DNA of 58,359 nucleotides from an uncultured Planctomycetales bacterium (GTDB lineage Bacteria; Omnitrophota; Gorgyraeia; Zapsychrales; JANLHA01): NCBI GenBank assembly GCA_964400065.1, contig CAYNSM010000002.1, positions 1 to 58,359 of the forward strand, read 5' to 3'. Shown piece by piece: positions 46,939 to 55,542 of this stretch (position 1 is its first letter; each line of letters starts with the position of its first letter). The notes under the pieces were generated by a model. It saw only the letters and a program-made list of their open reading frames with translations, ran no database searches and was not told where the DNA came from. The position numbers and the translations under genes were made by a program.

Positions 46939-48551
46939 CAAAGCCCTTTGGAATCCAAAAATTCTTTTATTTTCTCAAGAATATAATCGATGTCGCTTTG
47001 CTGGATCTTTGGATAAACACCCAGCCAAAAAGTTTGGTTCATAATAATATCGGTATTCGTCAAATCGCCGCTAAGACGATATTCAACATTTTTAAAACTC
47101 GGCTGCCTGATCATGTTCCCGCCAAAAAGCATGCGCGTGGCAATTTTACGACTTTCCAAAAACGCGACAATCGCCTCTCGCGAAAATCCGGCATCCAACC
47201 TGATCGTCAAAACAAAACCAAACCAGCAAGGTTCCGCATTAGGATGTGATTGCGGCAAAATAAAAAATCGGTCGTACTCTTGTAAACCTTTTAAAAAATA
47301 TTCAAAATTCCTTTTTCGCGCGGCAATAAAACCGGGGAGTTTTTTTAGCTGTTCAATGCCGACGGCCGCCTGCAAGTCCGTCATTTTCAAATTGTACCCG
47401 CGGTGCGAATAAATATACTTGTGATCATAACCCTGCGGCAATAAACCCAATTGCCAAGAAAACCGCTTACCGCAGGTATTATCCTTTCCCGGCTTGCACC
47501 AGCAATCACGTCCCCAATCGCGAAAAGATTCTAAAATTGTATTTAACTGGGCGTTGTCCGTCACCACCGCGCCACCCTCACCGGTTGTAATATGATGCGC
47601 CGGGTAAAAACTAAACGTGGCGATATCCCCAAAACTTCCCGTCAATCGATTGTCAAAACGCGAACCTAGCGCATCGCAATTATCTTCAATAAGCCACAAA
47701 CGATATTTTTTAGCCAATTGCGCCACCGCGGCCAAATCGAAAGGATTACCTAGGGTATGCGCAACAAAAATCGCTTTAGTTTTACGGGTGATTGCTTTTT
47801 CGATTTGCTCAACCGCCGGGACATAGGTTCCCAAATCAACATCAACAAAAACCGGCAAAAGCTGATTTTGGATGATCGGGTTAACCGTCGTCGGAAAACC
47901 GCAAGCCGCGGTGATAACTTCGTCTGCAGGCTTAAGCCTGCGCTCGCCTAGCTTCTCGGAAGTCAAAGCACAAACAGCCAACAAATTTGCCGAAGAACCC
48001 GAATTCGTCAGACAACAAAAACGAACATCAAGAAAGCTGGCCAAATCTTTTGCAAACTGGCTGGCAAAACGTCCTTCTGTCAGCCAAAAATCCAGCGACG
48101 CATCGATAAGAGCACTGAGCTCCTTCTCATCAAAAACACGTCCCGCATAACTGATGTAATCTTGGCCGCGCTTAAAACTACTGTGAGGCTCGTGTATGGC
48201 CGCATAATATTTACCGGCCACCTGTTTGGCCAATTTCCTTAAAATCTCATCGATTTTTGAAAGTTTAAGCTTACCGATACGGCACAACGAAGATTTTAAA
48301 AGAACTGGCATCTCCAACAAATGAACCGACCCGCCATTAAAATCAGCTCGTAAATCCTCTATATCCTCACGCGTCACACCAATCGAACTGACGGGCGATG
48401 TTTTTTCCTCTTTAATGGCAAAAGCTGCGACATTATCGCCATCGACATTGTAAACACAAAACAACTGCGGACTTAAAGAACTTTTAAGCGATAAAAAAAC
48501 AATATCCCCTAAAACTATATCTGCCTCGCTTATTTTCTCAGCTCGCTTCAT
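46938..48551 (-). CDS. rfbH: CDP-6-deoxy-L-threo-D-glycero-4-hexulose 3-dehydrase (E1, RfbH/DdhC/AscC) with a ~99-aa N-terminal extension
   Basis: 537 aa with YAGRVFDEKELSALIDASLDFWLTEGRF and NSGSSANLLA. His replaces the PLP lysine in FSFYPAHHITTGEGG. Cys292-X57-Cys350-X1-Cys352-X7-Cys360, counted by hand. Confidence 0.88.
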   Translation of the reverse strand: MKRAEKISEADIVLGDIVFLSLKSSLSPQLFCVYNVDGDNVAAFAIKEEKTSPVSSIGVTREDIEDLRADFNGGSVHLLEMPVLLKSSLCRIGKLKLSKIDEILRKLAKQVAGKYYAAIHEPHSSFKRGQDYISYAGRVFDEKELSALIDASLDFWLTEGRFASQFAKDLASFLDVRFCCLTNSGSSANLLAVCALTSEKLGERRLKPADEVITAACGFPTTVNPIIQNQLLPVFVDVDLGTYVPAVEQIEKAITRKTKAIFVAHTLGNPFDLAAVAQLAKKYRLWLIEDNCDALGSRFDNRLTGSFGDIATFSFYPAHHITTGEGGAVVTDNAQLNTILESFRDWGRDCWCKPGKDNTCGKRFSWQLGLLPQGYDHKYIYSHRGYNLKMTDLQAAVGIEQLKKLPGFIAARKRNFEYFLKGLQEYDRFFILPQSHPNAEPCWFGFVLTIRLDAGFSREAIVAFLESRKIATRMLFGGNMIRQPSFKNVEYRLSGDLTNTDIIMNQTFWLGVYPKIQQSDIDYILEKIKEFLDSKGL

Positions 48552-49641
48552 GCGCCAAAGCCCCCTGATTTAAAATTTCCTGATACTCCGTAATATCCTG
48601 CAAGGTCAATTCCCAAAGCTGTTGAGAACTTCTTTTTTCATAAAAATTTTTATACCATTTAATAGTTCTCTGCAAACCTTCATCCATTTGATAAAGCACC
48701 CCCCAACCTAACCGCTTGCGAGCCTTGGCGGCGTCGAGCAAAAGCAGCCGGGCTTCATGTGTTTTTTGTTCCTCTTCCAAAATCCTGTACTTTCCGCTAC
48801 CCCAATACCTTATTACTTTCTTGGCAATGTCCTGCACGCAAATCAAACCTTGCGAAGGACCAAAATTCCAAGCCTGAGAATACTCTCGAGGCGATTGTTC
48901 CATCAAAGCGCCCAACATTAAATACCCGCACAAAGGATCGAGCACATACTGCCATGGCCGGACTGACAAAGGATTACGGATAAAAATTTCTTTTTCAACG
49001 TTTAAGGCGCGTACACAATCAGGGACAAGCCTGTCCTCTCCCCAATCCCCGCCACCTATCACATTGCCAGCCCGAACTGTTGCAATCCCTGCAGAATTTT
49101 GCAAATTAAAAAATGACTGCCGAAAACAAGCCGTGACAATCTCCGCCGACGCCTTGCTGGCGCTATACGGATCATAACCACCCAAACAATCTGTTTCCAC
49201 ATAACCATGATCTATTTCCCTATTTTCATAGCATTTGTCCGTCGTGACAATAATGCCGACCTTAATACTTGAAACTTGGCGGATGACCTCAAGCACATTG
49301 AGGGTCCCCATAACATTGATGTCAAAAGTTTCCTGCGGCATATTATACGAAGCTCTGACCAAAGGCTGGGCGGCCAAATGAAAAACAAAATCCGGAGCAA
49401 AAGCTTTCATCATGCAAAGTAGTCTTTTATAATCGCGGATATCCCCAACATTATGATCAATTTGACTTGCCAAATCCACCGCATCAAAAAAACTCGGCTG
49501 AGTCGGAATATCCAAAGAATAACCCATGACCTGCGCGCCAAGCAGTTTTAACCACGCAGATAACCAGCCGCCTTTAAAACCGCTATGCCCGGTAATAAAA
49601 ACTTTTTTACCCTGGTACTGCTTTAAAAGATCTTTAGCCAT
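48538..49641 (-). CDS. rfbG: CDP-glucose 4,6-dehydratase
   Basis: 367 aa with ITGHSGFKGGWLSAWL, YSASKASAE and NVIGGGDW. Confidence 0.9.
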   Translation of the reverse strand: MAKDLLKQYQGKKVFITGHSGFKGGWLSAWLKLLGAQVMGYSLDIPTQPSFFDAVDLASQIDHNVGDIRDYKRLLCMMKAFAPDFVFHLAAQPLVRASYNMPQETFDINVMGTLNVLEVIRQVSSIKVGIIVTTDKCYENREIDHGYVETDCLGGYDPYSASKASAEIVTACFRQSFFNLQNSAGIATVRAGNVIGGGDWGEDRLVPDCVRALNVEKEIFIRNPLSVRPWQYVLDPLCGYLMLGALMEQSPREYSQAWNFGPSQGLICVQDIAKKVIRYWGSGKYRILEEEQKTHEARLLLLDAAKARKRLGWGVLYQMDEGLQRTIKWYKNFYEKRSSQQLWELTLQDITEYQEILNQGALAHEAS

Positions 49642-50134
49642 GCTTTAAATTCCAATCATAAGAAATTTGTGGCGAGAAAGGATCCATCCGCTTGATTTCC
49701 AACGGATCATGTCCAATTGAAGCGCAATTGGCGACTATTGACGTCTCTGTCCCTAAACCTTTAAAACCGTTCCAAACCTGCGCGGGCACTTGAACAAGAC
49801 AGTAATTTTCTTCTCCCGCAAAAATTTCGAGCAAGTTGCCTTTAGTTTTTGAATCACCTCTGTCATCAAAAAGCACCAGCTTGATTTTACCGACGATAAG
49901 CGCATAATTTAAAACCATACGTTCATGCCAATGCCATCCTTTAATAACCCCCGGGTGCACCAATGAAAAATAAATTTCACCAAACTGCGTAAAAATTTCA
50001 TCATCGCTACGCAACATCTGATAAATCGCCCCGCGTTCATCGGGAATTTTCTTAAGCAGTTTAATTCCAACGCCCTGAATCGGTGTGCCGCGAACACCCG
50101 GACATTTTAAAAGTTCCTGACTACGATAGATCAT
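49634..50134 (-). CDS. RmlC-like cupin sugar epimerase (candidate AscE-type CDP-3,6-dideoxy-4-hexulose 5-epimerase)
   Basis: The track ORF starts at 50155; ATG 50134 gives an ATGA overlap. IPDERGAIYQM, GVIKGWHWHE, GKIKLVLFDDR and VPAQVWNGF follow the dTDP-4-dehydrorhamnose 3,5-epimerase fold pattern. Confidence 0.7.
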   Translation of the reverse strand: MIYRSQELLKCPGVRGTPIQGVGIKLLKKIPDERGAIYQMLRSDDEIFTQFGEIYFSLVHPGVIKGWHWHERMVLNYALIVGKIKLVLFDDRGDSKTKGNLLEIFAGEENYCLVQVPAQVWNGFKGLGTETSIVANCASIGHDPLEIKRMDPFSPQISYDWNLKHG

Positions 50135-51030
50135 CTGCTTTGCTCCTTGTGCCAAGTAATCGTTTTATTTAAAGCCTCTCTTTGATCCCAAAGAGGTTTC
50201 CAGCCTAGTTTTCTCCAGGCTAAACTCGTGTCTGCCTTCGAGTCAAAAATTTCATTTACCCGATAAGAAACCGCACCCCAATCAATTGTGTCGGAAACAC
50301 CCATAAATTTTTCAATCAAACGGACAAAACTTTTTAAAGACTGGCTTTTTCCTGTTCCAATTTCAAATTGCGTCAAACCTTCAGGCAAACGTGGCAAACA
50401 ATTTAAAACTTTCAAGTAAGCCAAAACAACGTCATCTACAAAAATAAAATCCCGTTTTTGAAGCCCCGGCGAATTTTTCATTCTTTTGCCATGCAAAAAA
50501 TTCTCGACAATCAAAGGGATCAATTTAGTCGTGTCATCCTTGGGGCCGTAAACATATTCAAGCCGCATATTAATAATTTTTAGGGGAAAGTTACCAGAAT
50601 AATATTTTAAAATTTCCACAAAAGCATTTTTCATCGCCGAGTAAAGTGTATAACCGCTATGCGCATAAGTATGTGTATTAATGAAATACCCTGCATTCGT
50701 TTTAGCCGCCCAATCAACAAGCTCTGTTGCAAATTGGAGATTAGCCTCTCCCATTTGCTTAATATCATTATTGTTACGTTTACCGTAATCAGTCGCTAAA
50801 TGAATAACACCAGAAAACCTATGCCGAGAAAAAATCTTTTCAATCATCGCTTTCCCGTCGATGTCATAAACGGTAATCCGCTTTAAATATGCGCTGATAC
50901 GCGAAGTGTCCGAATGCGAACGTTTTAGGATAATGACCTTATATCCGCAGGCAAGAAGTGCAGGTAAAAGATGCGCCCCTAAAAATCCACTGGCTCCTGT
51001 TAAAAGGATCGGCCCCTTGACACTAGTCAT
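50131..51030 (-). CDS. NAD-dependent epimerase/dehydratase family reductase (candidate AscF / CDP-dideoxyhexose synthase type)
   Basis: The track ORF overlaps rfbF by 74 nt. ATG 51030 (ATGACTAG overlap) gives MTSVKGPILLTGASGFLG. YSAMK catalytic pair. Confidence 0.78.
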   Translation of the reverse strand: MTSVKGPILLTGASGFLGAHLLPALLACGYKVIILKRSHSDTSRISAYLKRITVYDIDGKAMIEKIFSRHRFSGVIHLATDYGKRNNNDIKQMGEANLQFATELVDWAAKTNAGYFINTHTYAHSGYTLYSAMKNAFVEILKYYSGNFPLKIINMRLEYVYGPKDDTTKLIPLIVENFLHGKRMKNSPGLQKRDFIFVDDVVLAYLKVLNCLPRLPEGLTQFEIGTGKSQSLKSFVRLIEKFMGVSDTIDWGAVSYRVNEIFDSKADTSLAWRKLGWKPLWDQREALNKTITWHKEQSR

Positions 51031-51844
51031 GCCAAATTTTCCAAGGAATGCCACTTGTTGTCGCGCTCTTAAAATGCAGTTCCTTCTCAACTTCACGCCC
51101 TTGCCACAAATTATTTAAAAGCTGCCAATCACGGTACGTATCCATGCACTGCCAAAACCCGTCATGCTTATAAACGGCCAACTGTCCATCACGAGATAAC
51201 TGCTCTAAGGGTTCCCGTTCAAAAATACAATCGTCCTTATCACTTAGATAAGAAAAAATCCTTTTATCAAAAATGAAAAATCCGCCGTTAATAAAACCTT
51301 CCTTGATCTGGGACTTTTCACTAAACTCCTCAACCTGCTCGTCACGAATGCGCAGTTCACCAAAGCGCGACGGCGGACGCACCCCCGTGACGGTGCCGAT
51401 TTTTTTATTTAAACGATGAAACTCCAATACGACTTTTAAATTAACATCCGCCAACCCATCGCCATAGGTGAGCATAAAAAGATCACTATCAATAAAACGT
51501 TCGACTTTTTTAAGCCGCGCTCCAGTCATCATTCTCTCGCCGGTATCGACAAACGTAATACTCCATTGCGGCAAAGACGTCCCATTGTAAACTTGCACCT
51601 TGCCATTGGAAAGATCAAGCGTACAGTCATAATTATGCCGCGCATAATTAAAGAAATATTCCTTAATCATGTCCCCCTTATAACCTAAACAAAGAACAAA
51701 ATCCCTAAAACCATACTCAGCATAAATTTTCATAATATGCCAAAGAATAGGACGTCCGCCAATCTCTACTAATGGCTTTGGTTTATATTCGGTTTCTTCC
51801 CTAAGCCGTGTACCCATACCTCCACAAAAAATAACAACTTTCAT
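51023..51844 (-). CDS. rfbF: glucose-1-phosphate cytidylyltransferase
   Basis: 273 aa with MKVVIFCGGMGTRLREETEYKPKPLVEIGGRPILWHIMKIY, GFWQCMDT and the characteristic ~260-270 aa length. Confidence 0.92.
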   Translation of the reverse strand: MKVVIFCGGMGTRLREETEYKPKPLVEIGGRPILWHIMKIYAEYGFRDFVLCLGYKGDMIKEYFFNYARHNYDCTLDLSNGKVQVYNGTSLPQWSITFVDTGERMMTGARLKKVERFIDSDLFMLTYGDGLADVNLKVVLEFHRLNKKIGTVTGVRPPSRFGELRIRDEQVEEFSEKSQIKEGFINGGFFIFDKRIFSYLSDKDDCIFEREPLEQLSRDGQLAVYKHDGFWQCMDTYRDWQLLNNLWQGREVEKELHFKSATTSGIPWKIWHD

Positions 51845-51870
51845 GATCGTTTCTCCCTAGTCCTTAAAAT

Positions 51871-53649
51871 CTAAACCATAAGCGACTGTTCGTTGACCAA
51901 TCTTTTATAAATTCCGTTGGTGTTAAGAAGCTCCTGACGTAAGCCCTGTTCGATGATCTTTCCGCGGTCCATAACAATAATCTGGTCGCAATCAGCAACC
52001 GTAGATAAACGATGCGCAATAATGACAACCGTTTTGCCTTTTGCAATATTATTTAACGACTGCTGTACAAGCCGTTCAGAATTTGTATCCAGAGCCGAAG
52101 TCGCTTCATCAAAGATCAATATCTGAGGATCACGCAAAATGGCCCGGGCGATAACAATACGCTGTCTCTGCCCGCCGGAAAGCAAAACGCCACGCTCCCC
52201 GATATTAGTCGCGTAACCTAACGCAAGATGTTCAATAAACTCGTGGGCATTAGCGCGCAGCGCGGCATCCTTTATCTCTTCGTCTGTCGCCTGCGGTTTT
52301 GAAAAGGCAATATTACCTTTAACTGTCTCATTAAAAAGAAAAACATCCTGAGGAACAACCCCGACATGTTTGCGAAAAGAAAGAATATCCAGTTCCTGCA
52401 AATTAACGCCGTCAACCCAAATACCACCGGATTGCGGATCATAAAAGCGCAACAAAAGCTCGGTGATCGTAGATTTTCCAGAACCAGAAGCGCCGATAAT
52501 GCCGACCTTTTGTCCTTTTTGGATCGTAAAGCTCACATGATCTAAAACTCTTTTGTCTTTGATGTCATAAGAAAAGTTGACATTTCTAAACTCGATATTC
52601 TCCCGTAAATCCACAAAAAGTTTCTGCCCATTACCCAAAACGTCCTGTTCTTCGATCGCCAAAAAGTCATCCGCCTCCTTAAGACCCGACAAACGCGCCG
52701 AGATAGCACCGCGTGCATGATTAATTTGCTTTAAAGCCGGGATCAGACGCGCTAAAATCAAAACAAAAGTAAATAGCGTAAATAAGATCTGCTGATTATT
52801 TTGTCCGGCCAATAGCGTCGTGCCGCAAACAAGGATCACACAAATAATTAAAATTCCGCAAATTTCAAAAAATGGCCCCACCAGTTTTGTGATAGTCGAC
52901 ATCCGGTTGTAAGACTTGATAAGCTCTTTAACTTCACGCTGAAAAATCTGCAACATCGAATTTTGAGCATTAAAAATCCGGATAATTTTCATTCCGTGAA
53001 TAATGTCAAACAAAGACTTGTTAAAGCTCGACTCAGTTGCGATATACTGATTGCCGGCTTTTCGAACTCCCCTGGCTAACCATTCCAAAAAAATTCCCGA
53101 AGCGGCCATAAAGACCAACAAAATAAGCGAAATCTTCCAAGACGCGATGACTAAAAGAACGATGAGAATAATTGAAGTTAACACCGCCGGGAAACCATTG
53201 CAAATAACTTCGACGATCATCCCGATGTGCGATTCAATCCGGTTTTTGAATAACAACTGAAAATCCGACAAGCGCCGGTGATTATAAAAACCCATACTCA
53301 AATTCATCATCTGCTTCATACATTCCATTTTATAGTGGGTCAGGACTTTTGTACGTATCAAAGCCGAAAGCCTAATATCGATATAAATAAATCCCAGCCT
53401 TAAAATATTGACCACCAAAAGCACAAGCGAAATAACACGGATCTTATCGGGCAGAGAATAATCTTTCAAAAATTCAAAAGGGATACGAAAGAATTTAGGT
53501 AAAGCACTGATGCCGGCAGCATCCGGACTTTGGAGAATTGGCAAAAAAACAGCAATTCCCACCCCTTCGAGAATACCAACAATAAGCCCAACGAATAAAA
53601 GGATGGTCAAAATCAACCATTGCCTAGACATGAATTTGATCAACTGCAT
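51871..53649 (-). CDS. ABC exporter, fused permease/ATPase (MsbA / PglK-like type I exporter)
   Basis: 592 aa. N-terminal 6-TM domain, Walker A GASGSGKST, signature LSGGQRQR, Walker B ILIFDEATSALD. Confidence 0.9.
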   Translation of the reverse strand: MQLIKFMSRQWLILTILLFVGLIVGILEGVGIAVFLPILQSPDAAGISALPKFFRIPFEFLKDYSLPDKIRVISLVLLVVNILRLGFIYIDIRLSALIRTKVLTHYKMECMKQMMNLSMGFYNHRRLSDFQLLFKNRIESHIGMIVEVICNGFPAVLTSIILIVLLVIASWKISLILLVFMAASGIFLEWLARGVRKAGNQYIATESSFNKSLFDIIHGMKIIRIFNAQNSMLQIFQREVKELIKSYNRMSTITKLVGPFFEICGILIICVILVCGTTLLAGQNNQQILFTLFTFVLILARLIPALKQINHARGAISARLSGLKEADDFLAIEEQDVLGNGQKLFVDLRENIEFRNVNFSYDIKDKRVLDHVSFTIQKGQKVGIIGASGSGKSTITELLLRFYDPQSGGIWVDGVNLQELDILSFRKHVGVVPQDVFLFNETVKGNIAFSKPQATDEEIKDAALRANAHEFIEHLALGYATNIGERGVLLSGGQRQRIVIARAILRDPQILIFDEATSALDTNSERLVQQSLNNIAKGKTVVIIAHRLSTVADCDQIIVMDRGKIIEQGLRQELLNTNGIYKRLVNEQSLMV

Positions 53650-53705
53650 AAAAAATTTTTATCTCCTAAAACGTATCGTAAAAAATTTCCAAAACTACCC
53701 TTAAA

Positions 53706-54836
53706 CTACTTAAGACAAAGCTGGGGATATATCTGGCGTTGAATTTTTCTCTTTGCCGACCAGCCACGCCAATTTTTATAAATCACCGGTAACCCTCGTA
53801 AAAAAGGCTTCCCTAACCAAGACCCTATCCAGAATAAACTGAACACATTAAGACAACCTTGCCGTTTAAAATACTCCAAAGCTAACATCCGCAATTGCGG
53901 TAACTGACGCTGCTGAATTTGCCCTAAAGCGCGTTTGGTATAAAATATTTTCTGTTGATGCCTGTCAAAAGCCTGAGTGGTCTTATCCGCAATGACAAAT
54001 TTACTGTTTATATTGCTATAAGCTTTGTGCAAAAGAACCATACCATATTGGAACTCTTGCGCAGTTAATTCTGATGTCGCATAATGCAGTTTCCATAAGA
54101 GTTCGATATCCTCACGCGCAACTGAAAAATTGACCAAACTCTCAAAATTCCTTGCCATGATCCGGGAAATCTCCAAAATATCCGCCCGGCCCCGTTCAAG
54201 AATGCTCAGCGACATTTCATGAACACGCACGGCAACAAGGACCTCATCTATCGCAGCTAACCGAATTCCCCGACGAATCAAATTTGACCAGAGTTCAAAA
54301 TCTGCAGCAATCTTAAACTCTTGTTGATAACCGCCAACCGAACTAATCACGTCGGTTTTATAAACTGCCCCGACATGATTAATCGGTGTCGCAGTCAAAG
54401 AACGCAAAACCATTTGTTCATAACAACAAGGCGTCCTAAGCGTCTTTTGAACCTTATTTTCCCCGTCGATAACAACGGCTTTACAGCCAACAACCGCGGT
54501 CAACGGCTGCTTTTGGAGCAAAGCTAAACTCTTTTCCAGCCAGAAGGAAAAAGCCAAATCATCCGCATCAATCCGCGCAATATACCGGCCTTTGGCCAAC
54601 GATAAACCTTTATTAAGAGAGGATGTTTGTCCCAAGTTCTTTTCATTTTTAATTAAGCGTATCCGCGCATCCTTATACGATTCAATAATCTTTACCGACT
54701 GATCGCCGCTGGCATCGTCAATAATTAGAAATTCAAAATCCACAAATGTTTGATTTAAAACACTTTCAATGGCGCCTTTTAAATACTGGCCGCCGTTGTA
54801 AACGCTCATCAGGACTGTAATTACGGGCGCCGACAT
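53706..54836 (-). CDS. GT2 family glycosyltransferase
   Basis: The track start is TTG 54845; ATG 54836 lies 1 nt after the upstream TAA. VLMSVYNGGQYLKGAIESVLNQT, LIIDDASGDQS and RIDADD. Confidence 0.85.
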   Translation of the reverse strand: MSAPVITVLMSVYNGGQYLKGAIESVLNQTFVDFEFLIIDDASGDQSVKIIESYKDARIRLIKNEKNLGQTSSLNKGLSLAKGRYIARIDADDLAFSFWLEKSLALLQKQPLTAVVGCKAVVIDGENKVQKTLRTPCCYEQMVLRSLTATPINHVGAVYKTDVISSVGGYQQEFKIAADFELWSNLIRRGIRLAAIDEVLVAVRVHEMSLSILERGRADILEISRIMARNFESLVNFSVAREDIELLWKLHYATSELTAQEFQYGMVLLHKAYSNINSKFVIADKTTQAFDRHQQKIFYTKRALGQIQQRQLPQLRMLALEYFKRQGCLNVFSLFWIGSWLGKPFLRGLPVIYKNWRGWSAKRKIQRQIYPQLCLK

Positions 54837-54837
54837 A

Positions 54838-55539
54838 TTAAACAAACTCCGAAGCGATCTGTTCGATCGCAGGATTAAGTAGACTTCCCAACCAAATCAT
54901 ATATTTTCGACGGGCAAATGGAAAATATTTTCCACTGTCGATAAATTTCGAATAACGATAACTCTCTGTCGCAGAATGGTAGTGTTCTTTTTGGGCATCG
55001 TGTAAAACGACAACGCCGCGGTGGTCAACCGACGTCAACGCCGTTTCCAAACAACGCCGCCGAAAACGGGCATCTACAAAAATCATATTAAAAGGGATTT
55101 TCAATGTTTGGGGCAGCTGAATATACTCAAGTTCTGCGGAAGTTTTCGGAGCAAACGATCCACACTGGGGCAAAACTTTCCAATCCCAGCCGGGCTTCTC
55201 CCAAAATGGAACAAACTCTCTTAGATGCAAACTCACCGATTGAGTCAAATCTTGCACTTTTATCATTGAGGAAACTTTTTCATACCAAAAACGGTTATTG
55301 TCGATCGAATGAAGATGGAACACCCGGCCTGTTTTCTTCAAAAACTTTGCAAAATATACCGTCGAAAAACCCATTCCGTATTCAAAAATATTGATCGGCT
55401 GCTGCTGAGGGAATGACAACAAAATACGTTTTAATATCCGCATTTCCTTGCCCGTCATCGCCGGCCAGCCCAAAAACCGATGAAAAAGCAATGTCAATTC
55501 AAACGGGTGAAGTTTGTTTTTCAAATCAGTAAGACTCAT
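54838..55539 (-). CDS. hypothetical protein, possibly a class I methyltransferase-fold (Methyltransf_24-like)
   Basis: 233 aa. IFEYGMGFSTVYFAKFL...HSIDNN...FNMIFVDARFR...VVVLHD loosely follows the O-methyltransferase family-3 strand pattern. Confidence 0.35.
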   Translation of the reverse strand: MSLTDLKNKLHPFELTLLFHRFLGWPAMTGKEMRILKRILLSFPQQQPINIFEYGMGFSTVYFAKFLKKTGRVFHLHSIDNNRFWYEKVSSMIKVQDLTQSVSLHLREFVPFWEKPGWDWKVLPQCGSFAPKTSAELEYIQLPQTLKIPFNMIFVDARFRRRCLETALTSVDHRGVVVLHDAQKEHYHSATESYRYSKFIDSGKYFPFARRKYMIWLGSLLNPAIEQIASEFV

Positions 55540-55542
55540 GGG

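Noticed and set aside
49634-50134. Assigning the RmlC-like cupin to dTDP-rhamnose synthesis with rmlA-like/rfbB
   Set aside because: It sits about 30 kb away from rfbB, inside the CDP-sugar block between rfbG and an SDR reductase. No rmlD is present. An AscE-like role fits the context better, though this remains unproven.
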